A stretch of 64,000 nt of DNA from Candidatus Micrarchaeota archaeon (lineage in GTDB: Archaea > Micrarchaeota > Micrarchaeia > Micrarchaeales > CABMGC01): the NCBI GenBank assembly GCA_028867025.1, contig JAGWHC010000001.1:574595-638594 (forward strand), in the 5' to 3' direction. The notes under the pieces were generated by a model. The model was not told where the DNA came from and did no database searches. It saw only the letters and a program-made list of their open reading frames with translations. The position numbers and the translations under genes are program-made. Shown in pieces: positions 35,029-42,442 of this stretch. The stretch's first letter is position 1. Each line of letters starts with the position of its first letter.

Positions 35029-35337
35029 CTAATCCACCAGGTTCGAAACCTTCAACCCTTCCAGGTATATCGTGGCACCGCGCAACCTCTTGCCCTCCTT
35101 CTTGAATATGGGCACCGAGGTGACTGGCCTGAACCTAGAGTCGTAAAGTTCAACCGAGGACTTCGCAAGGTCCTGCATCTTGCTCAGCTTCCCTTCGTTA
35201 GCGAACATGGCCTTGTAGTACACTATGCCGCTGCCCTTCAGTGCCTTCGAGAACTCCTCCCAGTTCTGATCCGTTGGCGCCTTCCAGAGCATGCTGGCTA
35301 TCTCCTTTATGTTTGCCTTTGCCATGAACATCTCCAC
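35029..35337 (-). CDS. Hypothetical protein, translationally coupled between the RHH gene and cysD
   Basis: 102 aa with no Cys and no motif recognised. Its start overlaps the RHH stop by 1 nt; its stop abuts the cysD start. Confidence 0.45.
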   Translation of the reverse strand: MEMFMAKANIKEIASMLWKAPTDQNWEEFSKALKGSGIVYYKAMFANEGKLSKMQDLAKSSVELYDSRFRPVTSVPIFKKEGKRLRGATIYLEGLKVSNLVD

Positions 35338-35558
35338 TAAGCGTAACCGAGGGCCCTGAGCTTGTTGAGCACGCCCTCCTTCTCGCTCTTCGACCCCTTC
35401 ATCGCCATCTCAGACATGGTCTCCCTGAGCACGTACGTGGCGTAGTCCGATACAGATGAGAAGCCCGTCGTCTTTATCATCGCCTGTATCTTCTGGAAGA
35501 GCGGAGCAGGTATCGTTATCGTCGTATACTTCCTCTTCGTCCCCATCGTCTTTGCCAT
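35337..35558 (-). CDS. Ribbon-helix-helix (CopG/Arc-like) DNA-binding protein with CysD-like C-terminal tail
   Basis: 73 aa. KYTTITIPAPLFQKIQAMI (beta strand + helix), then SSVSDYATYVLRETMSE. Ends EKEGVLNKLRALGYA. Confidence 0.65.
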   Translation of the reverse strand: MAKTMGTKRKYTTITIPAPLFQKIQAMIKTTGFSSVSDYATYVLRETMSEMAMKGSKSEKEGVLNKLRALGYA

Positions 35559-35579
35559 ATAATCTATAATGTTACTGCA

Positions 35580-35900
35580 TTATGAAGTATATAAAGGTTT
35601 GCTTCCGTTGCGTGCGAGCCTCTGGCGAGATTCCGATTTCCTGATCTTGTAGCCCCTGTGAACCCGTGACGCAATCCTCTCATAGCCTATGTAGTAAAGG
35701 GTGTTGAACACAAGGTTCGCGACTCCTGTGGCTGCTATGAATGCCGCGGCGACGTTCAGACTTATCGTGCCTGTGGTCTGCCACTCGACGAAGATTGCCG
35801 TCAGCGGGGTCACCGTCAACAGCGACCCGATCCTGTAAACCGCGGCCTTCGAAACACTCCTGAACAGAGTCTCGAAAGGCGTCCATCTTTTGTTCTTCAT
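35580..35900 (-). CDS. Small membrane protein (DUF2061-like), first gene of the cysDN operon
   Basis: 106 aa. Two TM helices, then YYIGYERIASRV and a basic tail. The family assignment is from memory only. Confidence 0.4.
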   Translation of the reverse strand: MKNKRWTPFETLFRSVSKAAVYRIGSLLTVTPLTAIFVEWQTTGTISLNVAAAFIAATGVANLVFNTLYYIGYERIASRVHRGYKIRKSESRQRLARNGSKPLYTS

Positions 35901-35909
35901 ATCACCATC

Positions 35910-35937
35910 TTAATGTATTTCAATTATAATACATTAA
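35910..35937. promoter_or_regulatory. Perfect 10-bp inverted repeat TTAATGTATT-N8-AATACATTAA in the operon promoter (candidate RHH operator)
   Basis: Arms at 35910-35919 and 35928-35937. Located 10 nt upstream of the ATG at 35900. The AT-rich spacer looks like a TATA box. Confidence 0.5.
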
Positions 35938-36086
35938 AATATAAACGTTTCGTTGCATATATCATCAGCGGGCCTGGAGGGCGGGAACTCTTTTAGAAAA
36001 TTCCCCACCCATATCTCCCCGAAAGCCAGGCCCGCCCGAATTCTGTACAAAACGATTAAGAAGCATCCAGACTCAAGCATCATCGT

Positions 36087-36560
36087 ATGCTGACTTTAGG
36101 GAGGAAGGACTCGCTGAGGAAGACAGAGGCTGCCCTATCTGACATAGTGTCCAGCGTCTTCAGCGACGAGCACTGCTACGGCGTCGTATCGAACAGCATA
36201 TCGCTCATGGGAAGCATTCTGTACGAATTCAGGTCCTCTGAAGGAGGCGACAGGTTCTTTATGTACGTGAGCTCCGGCAAGGCGGAATTTGCGCACGGTG
36301 CCCTCCCCGAAGCGCACAAATTCTTCAAGCATCTCGTCAGATACAGCAATACGAGCAAGGAGTACAAGAAGTGGTTCGAGGGCAAGCTCCACGCCAGTAA
36401 GGTCAGATTCGAGGGATATGAGTCTGCCCACGCGACCCTCAATACAATACTGGGCACCTTCAGGACCAACATAGTGCCCGAAAGGGAAAGACACTTCATG
36501 GAGGTTGTCAAAGCAGCCAGGAGGCATTACGGCAGCATGGGTATCGGCGTCCAGATGTAG
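36087..36560 (+). CDS. Hypothetical protein
   Basis: 157 aa with balanced, protein-like composition. The overlapping minus-strand ORF is Arg/Ala/Leu-rich, which is shadow-like. Confidence 0.45.
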   Translation: MLTLGRKDSLRKTEAALSDIVSSVFSDEHCYGVVSNSISLMGSILYEFRSSEGGDRFFMYVSSGKAEFAHGALPEAHKFFKHLVRYSNTSKEYKKWFEGKLHASKVRFEGYESAHATLNTILGTFRTNIVPERERHFMEVVKAARRHYGSMGIGVQM

Positions 36561-36599
36561 GCGAGATGATGGCGAAAGGTGTATCCTTCCAAACAGCAT

Positions 36600-36640
36600 G
36601 CTCCTAGCAGGAGCCCTGGCAGTTGCCTCTCTTTTTATTC
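36600..36640 (+). terminator. Hairpin GCTCCT-AGC-AGGAGC followed by a T-run
   Basis: Perfect 6-bp stem at 36600-14, then CTCTCTTTTTATT at about 36628-40. Lies 40 nt after the stop of the 36087 ORF. Confidence 0.3.
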
Positions 36641-36671
36641 GTTCTGTTTCCAATAGTAGCGAGGTTTCTCA

Positions 36672-38366
36672 ATGAAGATACTCCAGCTTGACGTAGAGAA
36701 GCTCGCATACGATGTGCTAAAGCCAGAGGCGAGCGTCTACGAGGAGACGAAGGAGAAGCACGCTGAGTTCGATGATGCCCTGGTAATGTGGGTGTGCGTC
36801 GAAAAGGGCGATACCAACGAAACCGCCGATGCTGCGCTTAAGGACGCTCTTGCTTTCATGGATCAGATTGGCAGGAAGAAGCTCGTCGTATATCCGTTCG
36901 CCCATCTGAGCAGCAACCTTGCAGAGCCCAAGGAGGCGATGAGCATACTTGACCACATGTACAAGAGCGTGCCGAAGGGCATAAAGGCGTCGAAGGCGCC
37001 GTTCGGCTGGACGAAGAAGTTCACGATAGAGATGAAGGGCCATCCGCTTGCGGAGCAGGCGAAGAGCTACGACAGCGCTGGCAAGGGCAAGAAGACGTAC
37101 AAGAAGACAAAGCCGGCGAGCGTGAACACCGCGATAGTCAAGAAAAGCGATTGGGCGGGGCTCCCGGAGAACGACCACAGGACCATAGGCGAGAGGCTCG
37201 ACCTCTACAGCTTTCAGGAGGTCTCACCAGGCATGACTTATTGGCACCCCAATGGTTACATAATCTACAAGGAGCTTTTCAAGTACATAAGGGAGAAGCT
37301 GGACGAGTACGGCTATCAGGAGATAGCCACACCTGCCTTTGCGAACATAGCGCTGTGGCAAGTTAGCGGTCACTACGACCACTACAAAGACAACATGTTC
37401 ATTCTCGAGTCTGACGGACAGGAGTTTGGTCTCAAACCGATGAACTGCCCTTCAACGATAATGATATTCAAGTCAAGGAGATGGAGCTACAGGGATCTGC
37501 CTGTGAGGTTCGCAGACTTCGACAAGCTATACAGGAACGAGATAAGCGGAGCACTGACAGGGCTTCTTAGGGTTAGGGAACTTACCCAGGACGACGCGCA
37601 TCTCTTCGTAAGAGAGGATCAGGTCGAACACGAGCTTGTGTCTGTACTGAAGATGGTAGATGAACTCTACAAGATATTCGGGCTCAAATATATTGCAAAG
37701 CTTTCCACCATGCCGGATGACCACATGGGTGACGCGAAGCTCTGGGATAAGGCGACTTCCGCGCTTGAGAACGCCCTTAAGGCAAACAAGATGAAATACG
37801 AGACAAAGGAGAAGGAGGGAGCATTCTACGGGCCAAAGATAGATTTCGATGTTCAAGACTCACAGGGAAGGCTGTGGCAGTGCGCAACCGTGCAGCTCGA
37901 CTATCAGCTGCCCCAGAGGTTCAAGCTTGAATACACCGGCGAAGATGGCAGGCAGCACACGCCGGTGATAATACACAGGGTCATATACGGTTCGCTCGAG
38001 AGATTCATAGCCATACTGGTCGAGCACTACCAGGGCAAGTTCCCGACCTGGCTGGCTCCGGTGCAGGTAAAGGTAATCTCCATATCAGACCAGTCAAATG
38101 AGTACGCGCACAAGGTCTACGAGCAGCTTAGAAAGGCGAGGATCAGGGCAGAAGAAGATCTCGGCGACCGCACCATGGAGTACAAGCTGAGGGAGGCGAT
38201 AGAGCAGAAGGTGCCTTATATGCTAGTGGTGGGCAAGAAGGAGGTCGACGCCAACATCGTGGCAGTGAGGACGAGGAGCGGAGGCCAGAAGTTCGGGGTC
38301 AAACTTGATGACTTCATAGAAAAGGTAAAGGCAGAGACAGAGAAACGGCTCTCAAGCCCGAACTAG
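36672..38366 (+). CDS. thrS: Threonyl-tRNA synthetase, archaeal type with N-terminal editing domain
   Basis: 564 aa. Class II motifs (FRNEISGALTGLLRVRELTQDDAH, GAFYGPKIDF). The N-terminal ~140 aa are unlike the bacterial N1/N2 domains. C-terminal anticodon-binding domain. Confidence 0.9.
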   Translation: MKILQLDVEKLAYDVLKPEASVYEETKEKHAEFDDALVMWVCVEKGDTNETADAALKDALAFMDQIGRKKLVVYPFAHLSSNLAEPKEAMSILDHMYKSVPKGIKASKAPFGWTKKFTIEMKGHPLAEQAKSYDSAGKGKKTYKKTKPASVNTAIVKKSDWAGLPENDHRTIGERLDLYSFQEVSPGMTYWHPNGYIIYKELFKYIREKLDEYGYQEIATPAFANIALWQVSGHYDHYKDNMFILESDGQEFGLKPMNCPSTIMIFKSRRWSYRDLPVRFADFDKLYRNEISGALTGLLRVRELTQDDAHLFVREDQVEHELVSVLKMVDELYKIFGLKYIAKLSTMPDDHMGDAKLWDKATSALENALKANKMKYETKEKEGAFYGPKIDFDVQDSQGRLWQCATVQLDYQLPQRFKLEYTGEDGRQHTPVIIHRVIYGSLERFIAILVEHYQGKFPTWLAPVQVKVISISDQSNEYAHKVYEQLRKARIRAEEDLGDRTMEYKLREAIEQKVPYMLVVGKKEVDANIVAVRTRSGGQKFGVKLDDFIEKVKAETEKRLSSPN

Positions 38367-38374
38367 CGCAAGCA

Positions 38375-38384
38375 ATTTATATAC
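38375..38384 (+). promoter_or_regulatory. Archaeal TATA box (ATTTATATAC) for the 38412 gene
   Basis: Lies about 30 nt upstream of the ATG. Shares the 9-mer TTTATATAC with the promoter at 5990. Confidence 0.45.
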
Positions 38385-38411
38385 TTATTAACCCATAAAA
38401 TAGAGAGCTGG

Positions 38412-39392
38412 ATGTTCAAGGATATGCGTCTTTACCTGGCAGCGATGGCCGGTGGGAAGAGGAAAGGCAAGGGCAAGCCATTCGGCAAAAAGGCCCGGGA
38501 GCAGGCCGCAATCGAATATATCATGACCTACGGCCTGACCCTCATTGTTGTAGCACTGGTGCTTGGGGCGCTGTACCAGCTAGGGGTCTTCAATTCGCTT
38601 ATTCTCGGCCCAAGGGCTCTGCCTGGCTCATGCTCAGTTGTCAGAACCGCAGCCGGAGAGTCGCTTGTAGGGTTTTGCAGCGGAATACTGCCGGAGTTTG
38701 TCGCGGTTCTTTCAGGCCAAACAACAGGCTCGGGCGGAGGTGGAGGCGGCGGGGGTGGCGGTGGAGGCGGTGGAGGCGGCGGAGGCCAGGCATGCGTGAA
38801 CATGACTGCGCCAAGCATTAACATAAACACACATGGATACAACACAGTGGTGCTTTGGATGTACTGGAATGGCACGCTGAACGAGAGCCCGGTTGGATTC
38901 CCCGGATACTTCGTCTGGCTGTCTACAAACAGTTGCATAGGCTTCTCCACGGGCAACAGCGACGACTATGGGGTCAGCGCAAACAACCTAGTGGATAGGT
39001 GGACCATGGTGGCAGTGAACTTTTACAACGGACCGTACACGCTGAACAACACCCTGTACCTCAACGCAGTGAACGAGACGCCATACCAGTGTCTGCCAAC
39101 TGCGCATACCGGAATAGCGAAGAACGTTCTGCTGATAGGAAGCTCCACAGGCTCGAAATACAGATTCACGGGCGCAATAGCTGACGTTCAGATCTACAAC
39201 ACCTCTCTAGGCGACGCCGAGATACAAGGTCTCTATAATGAGGGGCTCGGAGGCGCGCCGATAGATCTGCGAAACCTTGTGGCGTGGTTCCCGCTCAATG
39301 CCAACGCCAACGACTACGGCGGCACCAACCAGAATCTCGTGTTCGCAAAGTGCGCCTACGGCTACCTCAGCTCTTATACTCCGCCTCCGTAG
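38412..39392 (+). CDS. Class III (pilin-like) signal peptide protein with Gly18 linker and LamG/concanavalin-like lectin domain
   Basis: KKAREQAAIEYIMTYGLTLIVVALVLGALY parallels the 6036 N-terminus. 18 consecutive Gly codons at 38733-38786. C-terminal W.MVAVNF...LYLNAV...FTGAIADVQIYNTSLGDAEIQGLYNEG is LamG-like. Confidence 0.75.
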   Translation: MFKDMRLYLAAMAGGKRKGKGKPFGKKAREQAAIEYIMTYGLTLIVVALVLGALYQLGVFNSLILGPRALPGSCSVVRTAAGESLVGFCSGILPEFVAVLSGQTTGSGGGGGGGGGGGGGGGGGGQACVNMTAPSININTHGYNTVVLWMYWNGTLNESPVGFPGYFVWLSTNSCIGFSTGNSDDYGVSANNLVDRWTMVAVNFYNGPYTLNNTLYLNAVNETPYQCLPTAHTGIAKNVLLIGSSTGSKYRFTGAIADVQIYNTSLGDAEIQGLYNEGLGGAPIDLRNLVAWFPLNANANDYGGTNQNLVFAKCAYGYLSSYTPPP

Positions 39393-39423
39393 AAGCCGGA
39401 GTTAGTTGATCTTTATACGTGGC

Positions 39424-39969
39424 CTAATCGTGATATTTTTTCTCCCCGGCCTTTATCTCTACAGAAAGCCAATTCTCTTTTGGCGCAAAAGGGCACACAT
39501 AATCGTTGCTATACGCACAATATGGATTGTAGGCAGCGTTGAAATCTAGCACATAATTGTCACTGTCTTTCTTCATATCAAGATCCAGGTACCTGCTTGA
39601 GCCGTAGCTCTCTTTTCCCGAGGTCTTGTCCCTGAACGGGACAAACAGGCTATCATCCTCTCTCTCGGCGGACCTGTAGGCCTGAAGCACTACCTTCGTT
39701 TTGCTTATTTCAAACTCGAAATACCCCATCCTGTAGAATTTCTGCACTGTCCCTTTGCTTGTGGTCATCGTCACTATGTTCGGCTTTTCATACCTTTTTA
39801 GCTTCGCATTTATCACATAGTGCTTGTCAGGAGAAAAATACTTGAGCCCTTCAAAACTTGCGCGTTCATTTTCAGGTATTGGTGACTCATGTCCCGTCTT
39901 ATAGAACTGGTCCTTTTCCCTTCTGAACTCATTTACCGTTGTATCCCAGTCTTCTGCCATCAGGCACAC
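39424..39969 (-). CDS. DUF1684 family protein
   Basis: 181 aa. FRREKDQFYKTGHESPIPENERASFEGLKYFSPDKHY is typical of this family as I recall it. Confidence 0.6.
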   Translation of the reverse strand: MCLMAEDWDTTVNEFRREKDQFYKTGHESPIPENERASFEGLKYFSPDKHYVINAKLKRYEKPNIVTMTTSKGTVQKFYRMGYFEFEISKTKVVLQAYRSAEREDDSLFVPFRDKTSGKESYGSSRYLDLDMKKDSDNYVLDFNAAYNPYCAYSNDYVCPFAPKENWLSVEIKAGEKKYHD

Positions 39970-40024
39970 CCTGTTTTAGAAACATGCGTTCTCTCATTTA
40001 TAAATTAGCGCGCTAACGAACAGG

Positions 40025-40057
40025 AAAAAAGAAAATAAAAAAAAAGAAAAGAAAAAA
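40025..40057 (-). terminator. Oligo-T tract (minus strand) after the small ORF at 40073
   Basis: The plus strand reads AAAAAAGAAAATAAAAAAAAAGAAAAGAAAAAA, i.e. long T-runs on the minus strand. This is the usual archaeal termination signal. Confidence 0.4.
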
Positions 40058-40072
40058 GGGCAGGGAGGAGAA

Positions 40073-40240
40073 TCAGTTTTTCTTCTGCAGTTCCTTTATC
40101 CTCTCTTCGACTCCCTTCGCTTCCTCCTCAAGGTTCTTCTTGTACTCCTTCAGGATCTCTAACTTCTCATCCGTGGTCAGGAAGCTCCTCATGCCGTTGC
40201 CGTAGCCGTATCCGCCTCCGCAGTTGCAATCTCCGTGCAT
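40073..40240 (-). CDS. Small Gly/Tyr-head coiled-coil protein (DUF5320-like), 55 aa
   Basis: Below the ORF-track cutoff. Hand translation: MHGDCNCGGGYGYGNGMRSFLTTDEKLEILKEYKKNLEEEAKGVEERIKELQKKN. Divergent from the PadR gene. Confidence 0.55.
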   Translation of the reverse strand: MHGDCNCGGGYGYGNGMRSFLTTDEKLEILKEYKKNLEEEAKGVEERIKELQKKN

Positions 40241-40336
40241 TTTGTTTCACCAAATTGTCCTACGTATAGGACATCATATATTATGCTTGCGCATATATTT
40301 AAATATATCGGATATCCTATACTGCCTATAGGTAAA

Positions 40337-40669
40337 ATGCACGGTCATCACGGCTCGCGTGGCGGTTATTGCTGCGACATGCGGGGCATGCTATCATTCC
40401 AGATACTCTGGCTACTTTCTAGAAAGCCGATGCACGGCGAGGAAATAGCCGAGGAGATAGAAAAGCGCAGAGGCAGCAAGCCCAAGGCAGGTACCATCTA
40501 CCCGGCGCTCAAGGAGCTGAGTGAAAACGGCCTGATTGAAGGTTCAAGGGAGGGCAAGAAAGTAGTATATTCAATAACTCCCACGGGCAGGTACGGAGTC
40601 AAGCGGGCAGCGATGCATTTCTACCGCTCTTTTGGCGACATATTCGAAAGCGAACGCGTTCAATCCTGA
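40337..40669 (+). CDS. padR: PadR-family transcriptional regulator
   Basis: LSFQILWLLSRKPMHGEEIAEEIEKRRGSKPKAGTIYPALKELSENGLIEG. The ORF opens at 40235; Met at 40337 is preferred. Confidence 0.8.
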   Translation: MHGHHGSRGGYCCDMRGMLSFQILWLLSRKPMHGEEIAEEIEKRRGSKPKAGTIYPALKELSENGLIEGSREGKKVVYSITPTGRYGVKRAAMHFYRSFGDIFESERVQS

Positions 40670-41754
40670 GGCCCACCGCCACCAGTCCACCCGCCGCCGC
40701 TGCCTGGAATCTCGCAATAGGAATCGCCATACACAGGTATGGGGAAAGGAGTAGTTTTGCTCCAGTTTCCTACTCCGTCGCCTGAAACCTTCGCATACCA
40801 CGATTGGTGACCTGCGCTGGAGGAATCGCGGCTGCCAACACAGTATACGTATCCATTATGTATTGCGCAACCGGTCTGTACTAAGGGTATCGGCGCATCT
40901 GTTGTGCGCATCCACTGCCCTATGCCCCCGCTCGAGACGTGGGCGAAGTACGTCAGATTGTTTCCTCCTCCCTCGCCTCCGAAACAGTAAATATAGCTGT
41001 TGTATATTGAGCAGCCGTCAAGGGTGAACGGCTCCGGATACGGGGTGGTTTGCTTCCACTTGCCTATCCCCCTCCCCGATACGTTTGCAAAGAAAGTCAG
41101 GCTGCTGCTCCTATTTCCTATTATGGAGAAGACGTCGTCGTCCTCTGCACCTACCTGGTGCAGCACCTGCGCGCCGCCCACGCAGTATATGTAGCCGTTG
41201 CTTATGGCGCAACTGCCCCAGTAAAATGGAATCGGATAGGGTGTCGAATCCATCCACTGCCCTATGCCCGAGCCGGACAGCGGCGCATACTCGGTAGCGT
41301 TCTGCTTCGGATACCACCAATCTCCCACGCAGTAGATGTATCCTCTGTAAGCGGAGCAGCTCTGATACGAGGCACGGAACGGATAGGGAGTGGTGGCGAT
41401 CCAGTTTCCTATGCCGTTGGGAGACAGTCCGGCATAGTACGATTCGTTCTCCGAGGAGGTGGCGTTCGTGCCGGTGCAGTAAACGACATTGTGGTATATG
41501 TCACAGCCAACGTCGTCCACGCCCACGGGGTAGGGGGTCGTGTTGTGCCATTGCCCAATGCCGTTCGTCGTGATCGGCGCATAAAAGGTGAGATTCTGGG
41601 ACCCATGGCCAGAGTCGCCCACGCAATATATGTAAGTGGAGTTGCTCGTGACGTTTTGGGGTGCAAGATATGCATGCACGCTCATCGTGGTCGCGAACGC
41701 CACGAATGCCACAGAAGCCAGCGCAAAAAGAAGTTCCGCGAATCCAAGCTTCAT
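40660..41754 (-). CDS. Secreted six-bladed Kelch-like beta-propeller protein
   Basis: Signal peptide MKLGFAELLFALASVAFVAFA. Six repeats of [YV]-[IV]-Y-C-[VFT]-G ... G-[IV]-G-x-W-x-x-T-T-P-[YF]-P ... G-C. Gly-rich C-terminus. Confidence 0.7.
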   Translation of the reverse strand: MKLGFAELLFALASVAFVAFATTMSVHAYLAPQNVTSNSTYIYCVGDSGHGSQNLTFYAPITTNGIGQWHNTTPYPVGVDDVGCDIYHNVVYCTGTNATSSENESYYAGLSPNGIGNWIATTPYPFRASYQSCSAYRGYIYCVGDWWYPKQNATEYAPLSGSGIGQWMDSTPYPIPFYWGSCAISNGYIYCVGGAQVLHQVGAEDDDVFSIIGNRSSSLTFFANVSGRGIGKWKQTTPYPEPFTLDGCSIYNSYIYCFGGEGGGNNLTYFAHVSSGGIGQWMRTTDAPIPLVQTGCAIHNGYVYCVGSRDSSSAGHQSWYAKVSGDGVGNWSKTTPFPIPVYGDSYCEIPGSGGGWTGGGGPQD

Positions 41755-41854
41755 CAGGTCACGCTGTTCGCAGTATATGATTTTCTACAGGCTTTTAATA
41801 CCAGCATGACGCGATCCTGCCAATGTATTTAAAGGCAGGAAACGATATCGATGC

Positions 41855-42436
41855 ATGACAGAATACAACACGCTTCCGGTCTCCAGGGCGTTCATGGCCA
41901 AGAAGGAAGACGTGCTTGCGCAGGGACTTGTGTCGCTGAGAAGGACAAGCGATCAGTCAAGGAACGTCTACATTGTTCCTGTGCCGAAAGAGGCGATAAT
42001 CGTTGCAGGTTCCAGGGGCATATCGCCCGCACACGAGGGGCAGCTGTGCAACGCCATAGATTTTTACGTGCCCGAGGCCACTCCCGTGCTTGCGGCAGAG
42101 AATGGCACTGTCATAAGCGTCTTTGATCAGTCCAACGAGCACGGAATAACGGTGGATTTCTGGGACAGGGGGAACTACATAGAGATAAAGCACAGGCATG
42201 GAGAGACAACGTGGTACGAGCATCTGGCGTTTCAGGGCGCGAAGGTCAAGGTGGGAGACAGAGTGAAGAAGGGCCAGGTGATAGCGCTGAGCGGCAACAC
42301 AGGATTCAGCGAGAACCCTCACCTTCATTTCCAGGTCAACAGGCACTACGGCCCTGGAACCGAGGACTACGAGACCCTCATGGCAAGGCTTTCTAACCTT
42401 GTCGATGTATACAGCTCTGTCAAGAGGTTCAAGTAG
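41855..42436 (+). CDS. M23/LytM-like metallopeptidase-fold protein, cytoplasmic, variant first motif
   Basis: GNTGFSENPHLHFQV is the HxH motif. The upstream motif reads CNAID where HxxxD is expected. No signal peptide. Confidence 0.65.
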   Translation: MTEYNTLPVSRAFMAKKEDVLAQGLVSLRRTSDQSRNVYIVPVPKEAIIVAGSRGISPAHEGQLCNAIDFYVPEATPVLAAENGTVISVFDQSNEHGITVDFWDRGNYIEIKHRHGETTWYEHLAFQGAKVKVGDRVKKGQVIALSGNTGFSENPHLHFQVNRHYGPGTEDYETLMARLSNLVDVYSSVKRFK

Positions 42437-42442
42437 CCGCAT

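Noticed and set aside
36135-36653. Minus-strand 172-aa ORF overlapping the 36087-36560 plus-strand ORF.
   Set aside because: Neither product has a recognisable motif. The plus-strand product has a balanced Lys/Glu/Ser composition and is followed by a hairpin and T-run. The minus-strand product is Arg/Ala/Leu/Val-rich. I kept the plus strand, at low confidence.
38528-38956. Minus-strand 142-aa ORF containing a poly-Pro run.
   Set aside because: It is the antisense shadow of the Gly18 tract in the 38412 gene.
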